Positions 44,769 through 53,898 of a DNA stretch of 64,000 nucleotides are shown here, piece by piece. Numbering within the stretch: the stretch's first letter is position 1; the number at the start of each line of letters is the position of its first letter. The notes under the pieces are model-generated. The model had not been told where the DNA came from. It worked only from the letters and a program-made list of their open reading frames with translations, and did not search any database. Position numbers and translations under genes: made by a program. Where the stretch lies: positions 11,353 through 75,352 of the forward strand of contig JAQCEJ010000006.1 in NCBI GenBank assembly GCA_027618475.1, read 5' to 3'. Source of the DNA: Planctomycetota bacterium. Lineage in GTDB: Bacteria; Planctomycetota; Planctomycetia; Planctomycetales; Planctomycetaceae.

Positions 44769-45732
44769 CGGATGAGGGAGAACGCGTCGATTCCAGCAAT
44801 CGATCGGCTCCCTGTTCGCGCAACTGTTCAGCGAGTCGGCGGCCTAATTCTTCGGCGGCCTTTTCTCGATCGCCGTTGATCGGTGCCGATGCCGAGATTC
44901 GCTCGCGGCCATCGAGACTTAACACCACGGCGTCGAGGTGCTGTCCGTCTTTTTCGAAATGACTCCAACATCCGACCGGAGCATGACATCCCGCTTCCAG
45001 TTCGTTGAGCAATTGACGTTCGGCGAGTACGGAGTGAAACGTCGGCCCATCGGTGATTGTCCGCAGCAGATCGCGAAGCGACTGATCATCCTCACGGCAT
45101 TCAATCCCGACGGCTCCTTGTCCGACGGCGGGATAAACCATCGGCGGCTGCAGTTCCACGCGCGGCCATTTCGCAAACCCCAGACGATGCAAACCGGCTG
45201 CGGCCAGCACGAGGACATCATATTCGCCGGCATCGAGTTTTTTGAGTCGCGTATCGACATTTCCCCGAATCGGCAGAACATCGAGATCAGGACGATGAAA
45301 CAACAGTTGGGCTTTGCGTCGCAAACTCCCCGTGCCGACGCGGGCTCTTTTTTGAAGGGAGTCTAAGGCCAACGTTGTCACATCGCCCGTCGACGGGAAG
45401 ACCAGACAATCGAACATCGGCCCGCGAACGGGAACGCCGGCGAGTACCAGCCCCGGCGTGGTAATGGTCGGTAAATCCTTCAAACTATGCACAGCAATGT
45501 CGGCACGTCCGTCGAGCAGTGCCAGCTGCACTTCCCGTGTAAAGACGCCGACATTGCCGAGCTGATGCAGGGGCTGCGTCTGTTGCTGATCTCCCGTTGT
45601 CGAGATGTGTACGATCTCGATCGGCCGCATGGTGACCGACTTGAGCAGATCGCTGACGTAATGAGCCTGCCACAGCGCCAATTGGCTGGCACGTGTTCCG
45701 ATGCGAATCGGTTGTTCGTCCGTCGTCATCAC
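44755..45732 (-). CDS. hemC: Hydroxymethylbilane synthase (porphobilinogen deaminase)
   Basis: IRIGTRASQLALWQA, HSLKDLP, GSLRRKAQL, RGNVDTRL and the C-terminal cofactor-Cys context EAGCHAPVG. It overlaps the downstream bestrophin gene by 14 nt. Confidence 0.95.
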   Translation of the reverse strand: MMTTDEQPIRIGTRASQLALWQAHYVSDLLKSVTMRPIEIVHISTTGDQQQTQPLHQLGNVGVFTREVQLALLDGRADIAVHSLKDLPTITTPGLVLAGVPVRGPMFDCLVFPSTGDVTTLALDSLQKRARVGTGSLRRKAQLLFHRPDLDVLPIRGNVDTRLKKLDAGEYDVLVLAAAGLHRLGFAKWPRVELQPPMVYPAVGQGAVGIECREDDQSLRDLLRTITDGPTFHSVLAERQLLNELEAGCHAPVGCWSHFEKDGQHLDAVVLSLDGRERISASAPINGDREKAAEELGRRLAEQLREQGADRLLESTRSPSSDDSN

Positions 45733-45826
45733 GTCTGCTCGCTTCCAAGAATTCGTTGATTATCGACCTGAGACCTCTATAGTACAGCCTCCGAAAGTCG
45801 TGGTCGAGGGTCTGAGAATATCAGGC

Positions 45827-45981
45827 CAGGGCGATCGGGTTTAACACAATGGGTCGGGTGGCGGGGGCGCACCGCGCAGCGGAAGCCCCCGGATCGACAG
45901 CGGTTCCAGAACGGGGGCTTCCAACGGTGCGCCCCCGCCACCCTGAGTGGATGGGATATTGTGAAAAAGGCGATCGCCCTG
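45827..45981. mobile_element. MITE-like foldback element: 11-bp perfect terminal inverted repeats, 10-bp flanking direct duplication, no coding capacity
   Basis: TIRs cagggcgatcg (45827-45837) and cgatcgccctg (45971-45981). Identical aatatcaggc flanks both ends (45817-45826 and 45982-45991). Internal nested perfect stems are 19 bp (45856-45874 with 45925-45943) and 10 bp (45881-45890 with 45913-45922). Confidence 0.7.
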
Positions 45982-46160
45982 AATATCAGGCTCGACGGAG
46001 AAGCTCGCGATTGACGAAACCGTGCATTACCAGTCGATTTCGGCCCGAGCCGCTGGGTACCGCTTACGTTTCGCGGCTGACCGTTAGTTTTCGTATGGTC
46101 CCCTTTCGGCTATTCTATGAGATTGAATAACCTCTCACATTCATAAACAGGACTCTCATC

Positions 46161-47270
46161 ATGCTCTTCGTTCCCGCCGAACTTCAAAAACTAGCCGCTG
46201 ATATTTTCACCGCTGCCGGGTGCTCGGTAGAGGAATCCGAAAGCATTGCCGCTCATCTTGTCGAAGCGAACCTGATGGGGCACGATTCGCACGGGGTGAT
46301 TCGCATTCCGAGTTACATCCAATGGATGAGCGACGGAAAAGTGCTGCCGAATCAAAAGGTAACGACCGTTTTTGAGAATGATGTCATTTCAATTCTCGAT
46401 GGCGAATTCGGCTTCGGACAGAGCATCGGCAAGCAGGCGATGCAGATCGGTATCAACAAGGCATCAACCCATGGCATTGCTGTTGTCGGTTTGCGAAATG
46501 TCGGCCATCTCGGTCGCATCGGCGCGTGGGCTGATATGGCGGTTGCAGCGAACAAAGTCTCGCTGCACTTCGTCAATACATCGGGAGCGGGTTTGCTCGT
46601 CGCCCCGTTCGGTGGTATCGAACGCCGACTCTCGGCGAATCCGTTCGCGGCGGGGATTCCGATTCCCGGACGCGACCCCGTCGTACTCGACATGTCGGCG
46701 TGTACGATTGCCGAGGGAAAGATCCGCGTCGCTCTCAATAAGGGAGTGCAGGTTCCCGAGGGGAGTATAATTGATTCAAAAGGTCTCCCGACGACCGATC
46801 CGCGAGTGTTTTACGCCAATCCGCCGGGAGCGATTCTTCCCATCGCCGGTCATAAGGGTTTCGGCCTCGGAATGATCATCGAATTCTTCGCCGGTGCGCT
46901 GACGGCGGGTTCGTGTACCAATCCCGCGAATTCGCAGCGCCTCGCCAATGGGATGTTGACGATTCTGCTCGATTACAACGTTTTTCTCTCGGCCGATGCC
47001 TTCGCCGAAGAGGTCCGCCGTTACGTCGAGTTTGTGAAGAGTTCGGCGACCGCCCCCGGCGTCAAGGAAATCCTGATGCCCGGCGAGATCGAACGCAAAA
47101 CCCGAACACAAAGAACCGAACAAGGCATCGACCTCGACGACACCACGTGGAGCCAGATTCATGGCGTGGCGAAGGCGCTGAACGTATCGCACAAATTCGC
47201 CGAGCCCAAAGGTGGCGGTGTAGCATCGCAAGCCGGGTTGAATATCCCGGCGGTGGGGGAGAAGACGTAA
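46161..47270 (+). CDS. Ldh_2-family oxidoreductase (malate/L-lactate/ureidoglycolate dehydrogenase type 2 family)
   Basis: GHDSHGVIRIPSY, NVGHLGRIG and HKGFGLGM are typical of the Ldh_2 family. Confidence 0.85.
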   Translation: MLFVPAELQKLAADIFTAAGCSVEESESIAAHLVEANLMGHDSHGVIRIPSYIQWMSDGKVLPNQKVTTVFENDVISILDGEFGFGQSIGKQAMQIGINKASTHGIAVVGLRNVGHLGRIGAWADMAVAANKVSLHFVNTSGAGLLVAPFGGIERRLSANPFAAGIPIPGRDPVVLDMSACTIAEGKIRVALNKGVQVPEGSIIDSKGLPTTDPRVFYANPPGAILPIAGHKGFGLGMIIEFFAGALTAGSCTNPANSQRLANGMLTILLDYNVFLSADAFAEEVRRYVEFVKSSATAPGVKEILMPGEIERKTRTQRTEQGIDLDDTTWSQIHGVAKALNVSHKFAEPKGGGVASQAGLNIPAVGEKT

Positions 47271-47361
47271 TCTGGAACCGGTATTTCATCTTCCCCTGTG
47301 CGAGACCACGGGTATATGATTGTAAAGTAGAGAAAACCCCATCTTGTGCGGAAGATAGATC

Positions 47362-47583
47362 ATGACCGAGTACGAATTACTTCAACGAATCACTTTCGAT
47401 CCGGCAATCTTCGGGGGTAAGCCGATCATACGCGGGCACCGGCTGGCTGTAGAACATGTCATCGGTATGCTCGCAGCCGGTGACGATATCGAGTCGATCC
47501 TGGAAGGTTACCCGTGGTTAGAGCGAGAAGACATCCAAGCCTGTTTTGCCTATGCTCGCCAGCTATTGGATACGACGCGATAG
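47362..47583 (+). CDS. DUF433-domain protein (antitoxin-like)
   Basis: ITFDPAIFGGKPIIRGHRLAVEHVIGMLAAG..ILEGYPWLEREDIQACFAYA matches the DUF433 pattern. Confidence 0.85.
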   Translation: MTEYELLQRITFDPAIFGGKPIIRGHRLAVEHVIGMLAAGDDIESILEGYPWLEREDIQACFAYARQLLDTTR

Positions 47584-47615
47584 TAACGGTTGACAGTTGA
47601 AACAGGGACGACGAC

Positions 47616-47987
47616 GTGAAGTTGTTGCTTGACTCGTGTGTCTGGGGCAAAGCGAAAGAAGAATTAGTCGCAGCTGGTCATGATGTCGTCTGGGCCGGGG
47701 ATTGGGATAAAGATCCCGGCGATGACGTGATTCTGGCATTGGCTCACGCCGAAGGTCGAATTTTGGTGACGCTCGACAAGGATTTTGGCGAGTTGGCCTT
47801 GTTGCATAATACACCTCATCACGGAATTGTGCGCATCGTGAATTGTCCCGTTCGCCGACAGGCAGAGGTGTGTCACGACGTCATTAAATCGCATGGTGAT
47901 GAGATTTTGTCAGGGGCGATTGTAACGATAGAGCGAGGTCGTGTGCGAATTCGACCTGCCGAAACCACGGACGAAGGTTTCAAATAA
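47616..47987 (+). CDS. DUF5615 / Mut7-C PIN-like protein (toxin-like RNase fold)
   Basis: GTG start. MKLLLDSCVW..DVILALAHAEGRILVTLDKDFGEL is typical of DUF5615 proteins that pair with DUF433. Confidence 0.8.
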   Translation: MKLLLDSCVWGKAKEELVAAGHDVVWAGDWDKDPGDDVILALAHAEGRILVTLDKDFGELALLHNTPHHGIVRIVNCPVRRQAEVCHDVIKSHGDEILSGAIVTIERGRVRIRPAETTDEGFK

Positions 47988-48057
47988 TTGAAAACACAGT
48001 CGGTATTTGATGAATTGCGTTTTCACTATCCGGGGCTACCCGAATCACACCCGGCAA

Positions 48058-48882
48058 TTACGGTGTCCAAATCGGCGACTTTGCATCCTGTGCGTTCTTG
48101 TCGCGCCGCGGGAGACGCCGGGCTTTCATCCGCAGATAGGGGGGGACGAATCGGCTGCGATGCTTGTAATGTCCCGGTGCAGCCGCAGGATCGGCGCGAT
48201 ACGGTTCGCGAAAATCTTCGAGCACGAAACCGGCACGGCACAAATCGCCTACGATCTGTTCCAGGCGGTGCATGTATTCGATGGTCCCCTCTTCGCGGTA
48301 GGCGATATCCAGCGTCGCAGGGAGCGGACCTTTGTGATAATAATCGACACCCAGAATGTATTGAAAATCGTCGGTGTGATTTGTCACCTGCAAACTCGCC
48401 GGTTGTTTATGCTGGCTGATATACAACCCGCCGTCACGAAGTACGCGGGCCACTTCGTGGTAAACGGCTGCGATGATGGGGACGTAACAGGTACTCACCG
48501 GCTGATGGACGATGTCGAAACTCTCATCGCGAAACTTTGAAAGATCGTCCATCGAGCCTTCGTATGTAGTGACCGACAGATTCCGCTTTGCCGCCTCGCG
48601 TTCGTCCTGTCTCAGCATCGCACCGCTGATATCGACGACCGTCACCCGTGCTCCAGCGGCGGCATACAAGATCGACTGCCACCCTCCCCCCGCGGCTAAA
48701 CACAATACATCGAGTCCGACAACGCTCTTGGGTAGCCATCCGCGACTGTCGAGAACTTCCAGCGGTTTAGCGCATTCTTCATCGGTCGCGACTTTGGCGA
48801 AAGGGGTGCCGCGAGCGACCATACGATTCCAGGCCGCCTTGTTGTGATCGCGGTATGACATACGGATCTTGTCATTCGTCAT
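48058..48882 (-). CDS. Class I SAM-dependent methyltransferase
   Basis: Motif I VLCLAAGGGWQS, with the post-I acidic residue in VTVVDIS, in a 274-aa ORF. Confidence 0.85.
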   Translation of the reverse strand: MTNDKIRMSYRDHNKAAWNRMVARGTPFAKVATDEECAKPLEVLDSRGWLPKSVVGLDVLCLAAGGGWQSILYAAAGARVTVVDISGAMLRQDEREAAKRNLSVTTYEGSMDDLSKFRDESFDIVHQPVSTCYVPIIAAVYHEVARVLRDGGLYISQHKQPASLQVTNHTDDFQYILGVDYYHKGPLPATLDIAYREEGTIEYMHRLEQIVGDLCRAGFVLEDFREPYRADPAAAPGHYKHRSRFVPPYLRMKARRLPRRDKNAQDAKSPIWTP

Positions 48883-50032
48883 TCTTGTTGGACAGCAACG
48901 TCGCGGTGAACTGCACCAGATCGCCCCGCTCGCGGGCCGATTTCTCGAGCAAATCCCACCGCTGATGCTCCTGACACAACTGTGAGAATGAAAACGTCTG
49001 TGGCTCTTCGACGTTCGAGAGGTAATCTTTCGCGATGTCGACGGCGTCGCTCGATCGGTCGATTCGCGTCATCATGTCGACCAGCACGAGGGCGATCAAC
49101 TGCTGCTGTTCGATCTCCGATTCGCTCTTCAAAATCTCGCGAAAGTAATTGAGATTTTCTTCGCGGTCATCATCGGCCAGCACTTTGAAATACGCCTTGT
49201 GAGCCGTGTAATAATCCTGAAACGGGGGTTCGCTCGGATATTGAAACTGCGTCGAAAGTTTCGATCCGTAGTCGCACAACTCGATCGCCTTGGCGAGTGC
49301 CGGGTCGCCCGCCGGCAACGATCGACAGAACCGCACGATCGAATTCAGGTGCGACACGTCGATATGATAGTTATGTTCTTCGAACAGCCAGTCGCGCCCG
49401 GCAATCAATTCGCGTATGCTTTCGGCGGGTGGTTCTGTCGGCAATCGCCGCTGTACGTCGCGCTGCAACGAATGCAATAAATCGGTGTGCAGTTGATCGA
49501 GCAGCATCTTGGCAATCTGTTCTCGCTGTGCGTTATCGATGCGGCTGAGATTGTGATCGAATGCCGTGATCGTGCTGCACGTTCCGTGATGCCGCAGCAT
49601 CGCTTCAAACCCTTTGACGGGATGGGCGCCTTCATGCAGGCCGATGTTGATTAATTCTTCGATGGCCTGCCCATCGACATGTTCGACGTCGAGTTTGTCG
49701 AGTACATCCCGGACGGCATCGGTCTCCTGAATCGTGCGGAAGTACATCCACGCCGGTCCTAGTTGTTTGTCTTCGAGAAACATTTTGCCGACGGCGCGGG
49801 CTGCGTCGATATAGGCTTTTTCGAATTCGTCCTTCTTCTCGGCAGGGACGTCGTCAAAACTGGTTGGGCGGACCAGCGACAGACCCATCTCCTGACGGAC
49901 TTTGAGCAATAATGCGTCAAAAATGCGATGATACTGTTTGTCGGCCTTCAGCGTTTCGATCAATCGATCGATCGTCGGTCCGGCACCTGATTCACGCTGT
50001 AGCGTTTGCAATTCATCAAAATGATCCGTCAT
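48872..50032 (-). CDS. Hypothetical protein (all-helical by eye, no motif recognised)
   Basis: 386-aa ORF with protein-like composition. It overlaps the methyltransferase start by 11 nt. Confidence 0.7.
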   Translation of the reverse strand: MTDHFDELQTLQRESGAGPTIDRLIETLKADKQYHRIFDALLLKVRQEMGLSLVRPTSFDDVPAEKKDEFEKAYIDAARAVGKMFLEDKQLGPAWMYFRTIQETDAVRDVLDKLDVEHVDGQAIEELINIGLHEGAHPVKGFEAMLRHHGTCSTITAFDHNLSRIDNAQREQIAKMLLDQLHTDLLHSLQRDVQRRLPTEPPAESIRELIAGRDWLFEEHNYHIDVSHLNSIVRFCRSLPAGDPALAKAIELCDYGSKLSTQFQYPSEPPFQDYYTAHKAYFKVLADDDREENLNYFREILKSESEIEQQQLIALVLVDMMTRIDRSSDAVDIAKDYLSNVEEPQTFSFSQLCQEHQRWDLLEKSARERGDLVQFTATLLSNKNDE

Positions 50033-50118
50033 AGCTCACTTTCTCACCGTTGAAAATTAATTGTGATGGCGGCTGAGATTTTTGCCAATCGATGCACATT
50101 CGGGAGGCTTGGGCCGTC

Positions 50119-50682
50119 CTATTCCGTCGAACAGCCCCCCCCTGAGCCACATGATCCGCACCCCCCACTGCCGCTGTCGGTCGTCGGAACGAGCAACCCT
50201 GTCCGGTCAACCGGTTGCACTTCCACCGGTCCGAAGCCCTCCGCCGCGGCGTAAATCGCCATCTTGGTGCATTCTCCGCCGCGGTCGTTAAGCACGTAGA
50301 GAATCAATTTGCTCTTGTCGAGCAACCATTCGAGATCGATCAACTGTAAATCGAGATCCCACTTGCGAATTCGTTCGATCCAGACGTCAAATTGCGTTTC
50401 GCAGTCGCGGCGCAGTTCGTCAGCGGTTTGGCGATCATCATCCGTCGCCAGTCGTAGTATCTCGAACGAATTCGACTCGGGCGTTTCCTCGACTCCATAC
50501 GGCGTCGGTTCATACTTCTCTTGAATGTATTCGAGCACCCTCGCCAGTTCGACCCCCCGATGTGTCTCGACAACCACCTCGGTCTCGCGCGGCAACCTCT
50601 CTGCCAGCCGCACGTCCGCACGGGCGACCTCCGGCTGACTGCCGTACCGCACCAGGACTTTTTTCAATATGATGTCGACCAT
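50119..50682 (-). CDS. PSP1/RicT(YaaT)-like protein with a Gly/Cys-rich C-terminal tail, tentative
   Basis: 187-aa ORF. VVVETHRGVELARV and LQLIDLEWLLDKSKLILYV follow the PSP1 C-terminal-domain pattern loosely. The tail is SGSGGCGSCGSGGGC. Confidence 0.5.
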   Translation of the reverse strand: MVDIILKKVLVRYGSQPEVARADVRLAERLPRETEVVVETHRGVELARVLEYIQEKYEPTPYGVEETPESNSFEILRLATDDDRQTADELRRDCETQFDVWIERIRKWDLDLQLIDLEWLLDKSKLILYVLNDRGGECTKMAIYAAAEGFGPVEVQPVDRTGLLVPTTDSGSGGCGSCGSGGGCSTE

Positions 50683-50999
50683 CTGTTCGTCGTTTCCAGA
50701 ACGAGTTTTTCATACAAGCAGTTTCATAACCCTCTGGACAGCGGAGTTCCCTTTGTAATTTGAACGATAATTCCATCGCCAACCGGGTTATGAAACCAGT
50801 TCTAGCAGTCACACAGACATTCCTGGCTGTGTTCCGAGGAAAATCCTCTCGTGAGGCCGACGCCAATCATAACACATCCTGCCCCTGCATCCCCAGTGAA
50901 GGCCCGCGATTTCTACCATTCCGCATTGAAAATCTATATCTGCCACGTGTACGGTAATGAAAACGACTCTCTCCAGTTGCCAAACATCAGGAGTCTCAC

Positions 51000-52118
51000 A
51001 TGGGTGAATACGCCAGACCCGACGAACTACTCGACGCCTCGCGATTTCAGATCGCCGTCGATCTGCTCAAAAAATGGACCTCCGGCCCCGAACCGCAAAT
51101 TCCCTCGGCGGGGTTGATAGTCGGCCGTCAGGGGACCACCATCGAACCGCTGTACTTCGGCAAGCAAGGGCCCGAACCGAACGCCGAGCCGATTCGAGAC
51201 GATGGGTTGTTTCTGCTGGCGTCGCTGACGAAGCCGGTCACGTACATCGCCGGGCTGCAACTCGTCGAGCGCGGATTGATGAACCTCAACGACCCGGTTG
51301 CGAAATATCTCCCCGATTTCGCTGCTCAGCACAAAGAAGAAATTCGGGTCTTCCATCTCTTCACGCACACGTCGGGTTTGCCCGATGCGCTTCCCGAGAA
51401 CACCGAGCTCCGCATGAAGCACGCCCCGATGAAAGCCTTCATCGAGGGGACGTTCAACTGCACGCCGTTGTTTCCCGCAGGAACGCAGCTCAGTTACCAG
51501 AGCATGGGAACGCTCACCGTCGCGGCGCTCGTCGAACGGTTGACGGGCATGACGATTCACGAGTATCTCAAACAGGAAATTTTCACCCCCTTAGGAATGA
51601 CCAACTCGGGACTCGGCTCGAAAGGGATCGAACGCGAACGGCTGATCCGCGTCGAGACGACCCCTGAGCAACAGGGAACCGACTGGGGCTGGAACAGTAA
51701 ATACTGGCAAGAATTCGGTGCCCCGTGGGGGGGGATGTTCAGCACCCCCGAAGATTACGCGAAAATCTGTCAGATGCTGCTGTATGGCGGACGACTCGAC
51801 GATACGCAGATTCTCTCGTCATCGGCGGTCCGCACAATGACCACCAACCGGCTCGACGATCTGGCCGATCTTCCCGAACCGACCCGCCGGGCGGAAGGCT
51901 GGGGGCTCGGCTGGAGAATGAATCAACCCGGCACCGACGACCCGTTCGGCAATTTTCTCTCTCCCCGCGCCTTCGGCCACTGGGGCGCCACCGGCACAAT
52001 GGTCTGGGTCGACCCCGAACTCGATGCGTACTTCATGCTCTTCACATCAGCAATTCTCTCGCGCTCGAAGCCGATGCTGATTCACGTCTCGAATATCGTA
52101 ACATCGGCACTGGGTTGA
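51000..52118 (+). CDS. Serine hydrolase of the beta-lactamase/transpeptidase-like family
   Basis: An SxxK motif in LASLTKPVT, within class C beta-lactamase/esterase-like text (HLFTHTSGL, WGATG). Confidence 0.85.
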   Translation: MGEYARPDELLDASRFQIAVDLLKKWTSGPEPQIPSAGLIVGRQGTTIEPLYFGKQGPEPNAEPIRDDGLFLLASLTKPVTYIAGLQLVERGLMNLNDPVAKYLPDFAAQHKEEIRVFHLFTHTSGLPDALPENTELRMKHAPMKAFIEGTFNCTPLFPAGTQLSYQSMGTLTVAALVERLTGMTIHEYLKQEIFTPLGMTNSGLGSKGIERERLIRVETTPEQQGTDWGWNSKYWQEFGAPWGGMFSTPEDYAKICQMLLYGGRLDDTQILSSSAVRTMTTNRLDDLADLPEPTRRAEGWGLGWRMNQPGTDDPFGNFLSPRAFGHWGATGTMVWVDPELDAYFMLFTSAILSRSKPMLIHVSNIVTSALG

Positions 52119-52123
52119 CGGGA

Positions 52124-52263
52124 AAGAAGAGTGGGAGAGGGGGGAGATGAGACGGTACGAATCAAAAGATCAATGTGATGGAGTGAAAGTGTGACAAAGA
52201 GCAAGGGATCCGAACGATGCTCATACCCCCCCTCTCCCACTCGCCCTCTCTCCCACTCTTCTT
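52124..52263. repeat. Long-range inverted repeat with a duplicated right arm between convergent genes
   Basis: The left arm aagaagagtgggagagggggg (52124-52144) can pair either with ccccccctctcccactc (52227-52242) or with ctctcccactcttctt (52248-52263). Each alternative is 16 bp and perfect. Confidence 0.7.
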
Positions 52264-52265
52264 GC

Positions 52266-53492
52266 TCACGGATGAATCACCACCGTCGAGCCAATGTCGA
52301 GGAAGTCATAGACTTCTTCAACCTGCTCGTTGAGCATGCGGATGCAGCCTTTCGACATCGCTTTGCCGATCGAATCGGGTTCGATCGTGCCGTGGATGCC
52401 GTAGCTGTCACCGATGTCGATCCAGCGTTCGCCTAAGGGATTATTCGGATCATCGTTGGCGATCACGTCTCCGTCTGACCCGTAATAGACCGGGTCGACG
52501 AGCTTATCTTTGACGACGAACTCACCCAACGGCGTCGAGCCTTTCGTCCCCACGCCGACGAGATAACTCTTCACGTACAAGTCCTTCCATTTGAGAACCA
52601 GACGATAATCGCTGATATCGACGTCGGCGGTAAACGGGCCGGTGAAGACTTTCAGCTTCTGCCCGGCGCGAATTTTCCGCGGGTCGATGCGGTTCAACCG
52701 CGTGATGAATTCCCACGGCACGTGATACTTCTTCCCCACCTTCCGCAACTGATCCCCCGGCTGCACCACATACGGCTCTTCGATGTGAGGCTGCGGCGAG
52801 AAGAATAATAACTGTGCGGTCGTATCGATCCGCTCCTGCAAGTCGGGTTGAAAATCGGGTTCGGCGAAATACCATTCCGACAACCTTTCATGAGCCGCGA
52901 GAATTTCGCTGTTATCGATCAGATTGTCGATTTCAGCCATTCGCTCGTTGGTGGAGCGTAAACCGAGTGAGCGCGACTTCGTTGCCTTGGCGGTCCGCAG
53001 TGGCGAGAAATCGTCGTCGGCTGTCGGAGTTTCGTCATCTTCGAAAGCGGTTTGTTGTATTCGCCCATTCGCGGAATCATCGGCGAACAAATCGTCGTCA
53101 ACATTTTCCGCCATTCGTCGGTTGCGCCGTTGACGGAGCGAATCGTCTTCTCCGGTTCGATCGCGGTCAGCGCGATTGAAGATTTTGTAATCGCCGTTAT
53201 TCCCCAGAGAAACCGACTCATTCACGTCGGGTTCACGCTGGTCAGAAAAGATATCCGGCGGCCCATCATCCGGTGATTCAATATCAGCAGATGTTAACTC
53301 CGTCCCGAATTCGTCGGAGAACGTTGACGACTCGTCACCGGAGGAATCGACGACTGTTTGTGGAACAGACGTCGACGAAAGCTCCCAGGGAATCCATTTC
53401 CAATACCAGGCCATCGCCGCCGTGGCGGAAAACAGCACGACAAATGAAATCGAAAATGGTGTGACGGTTCGACGACGGGAATGTCTGCGCAT
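52266..53492 (-). CDS. L,D-transpeptidase (YkuD) with a LysM domain, membrane-anchored
   Basis: TM anchor and a disordered acidic linker. LysM text YVVQPGDQLRKVGKKYHVPWEFITRLNRI. YkuD catalytic text IHGT..SKGCIRM. Confidence 0.9.
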   Translation of the reverse strand: MRRHSRRRTVTPFSISFVVLFSATAAMAWYWKWIPWELSSTSVPQTVVDSSGDESSTFSDEFGTELTSADIESPDDGPPDIFSDQREPDVNESVSLGNNGDYKIFNRADRDRTGEDDSLRQRRNRRMAENVDDDLFADDSANGRIQQTAFEDDETPTADDDFSPLRTAKATKSRSLGLRSTNERMAEIDNLIDNSEILAAHERLSEWYFAEPDFQPDLQERIDTTAQLLFFSPQPHIEEPYVVQPGDQLRKVGKKYHVPWEFITRLNRIDPRKIRAGQKLKVFTGPFTADVDISDYRLVLKWKDLYVKSYLVGVGTKGSTPLGEFVVKDKLVDPVYYGSDGDVIANDDPNNPLGERWIDIGDSYGIHGTIEPDSIGKAMSKGCIRMLNEQVEEVYDFLDIGSTVVIHP

Positions 53493-53898
53493 TTCAGTTC
53501 TTCCTTGAACGAAACGTGGGATCTATTTTTTGCAGGTGCTCGATGACCACAGAGAGACAGACACGAATGATGTTCCTGTCTTTCGTGGTGCCGATACTCG
53601 TGTGGTCTTCATCAGCGGGGTCAAAAATTTAGCAAAATTACAATTTCGGAGCTATGCGAATTTCGAAAACCGCGATTTTCCCGACGAATTTCTAAAAAAA
53701 GTTCTGGCCTTCAGCCACTCACACGGTATAATTAAGGTTGCTCAATACATATCTCCTCAGATTGAGAACCTCACGTTGACGATTATCAGACTCCGCTGCA
53801 ACGAATCACCGGCGGTTCCCTCACTACATCCGGAGTGGTGAGGTGAATCGCCCATCGGATACGGTGGGTGCTAGTTAAGCAGTGTATCAGCACTTGCA

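Noticed and set aside
45849-46130. The 93-aa ORF spanning the hemC / Ldh_2 spacer.
   Set aside because: It runs straight through the foldback element. Its peptide (AGAHRAAEAPGS...VRPRHPEW) is the translation of GC-rich palindromic arms, not a protein-like sequence.
53530-53841. The 103-aa ORF in the 400-nt spacer between the L,D-transpeptidase and aldo/keto reductase genes, and a TATAAT-containing + strand promoter-like site near 53733.
   Set aside because: The ORF has lower GC, no motif and no ribosome-binding context, and lies in what is most simply the promoter region of the minus-strand transpeptidase gene. No + strand gene follows the putative promoter.
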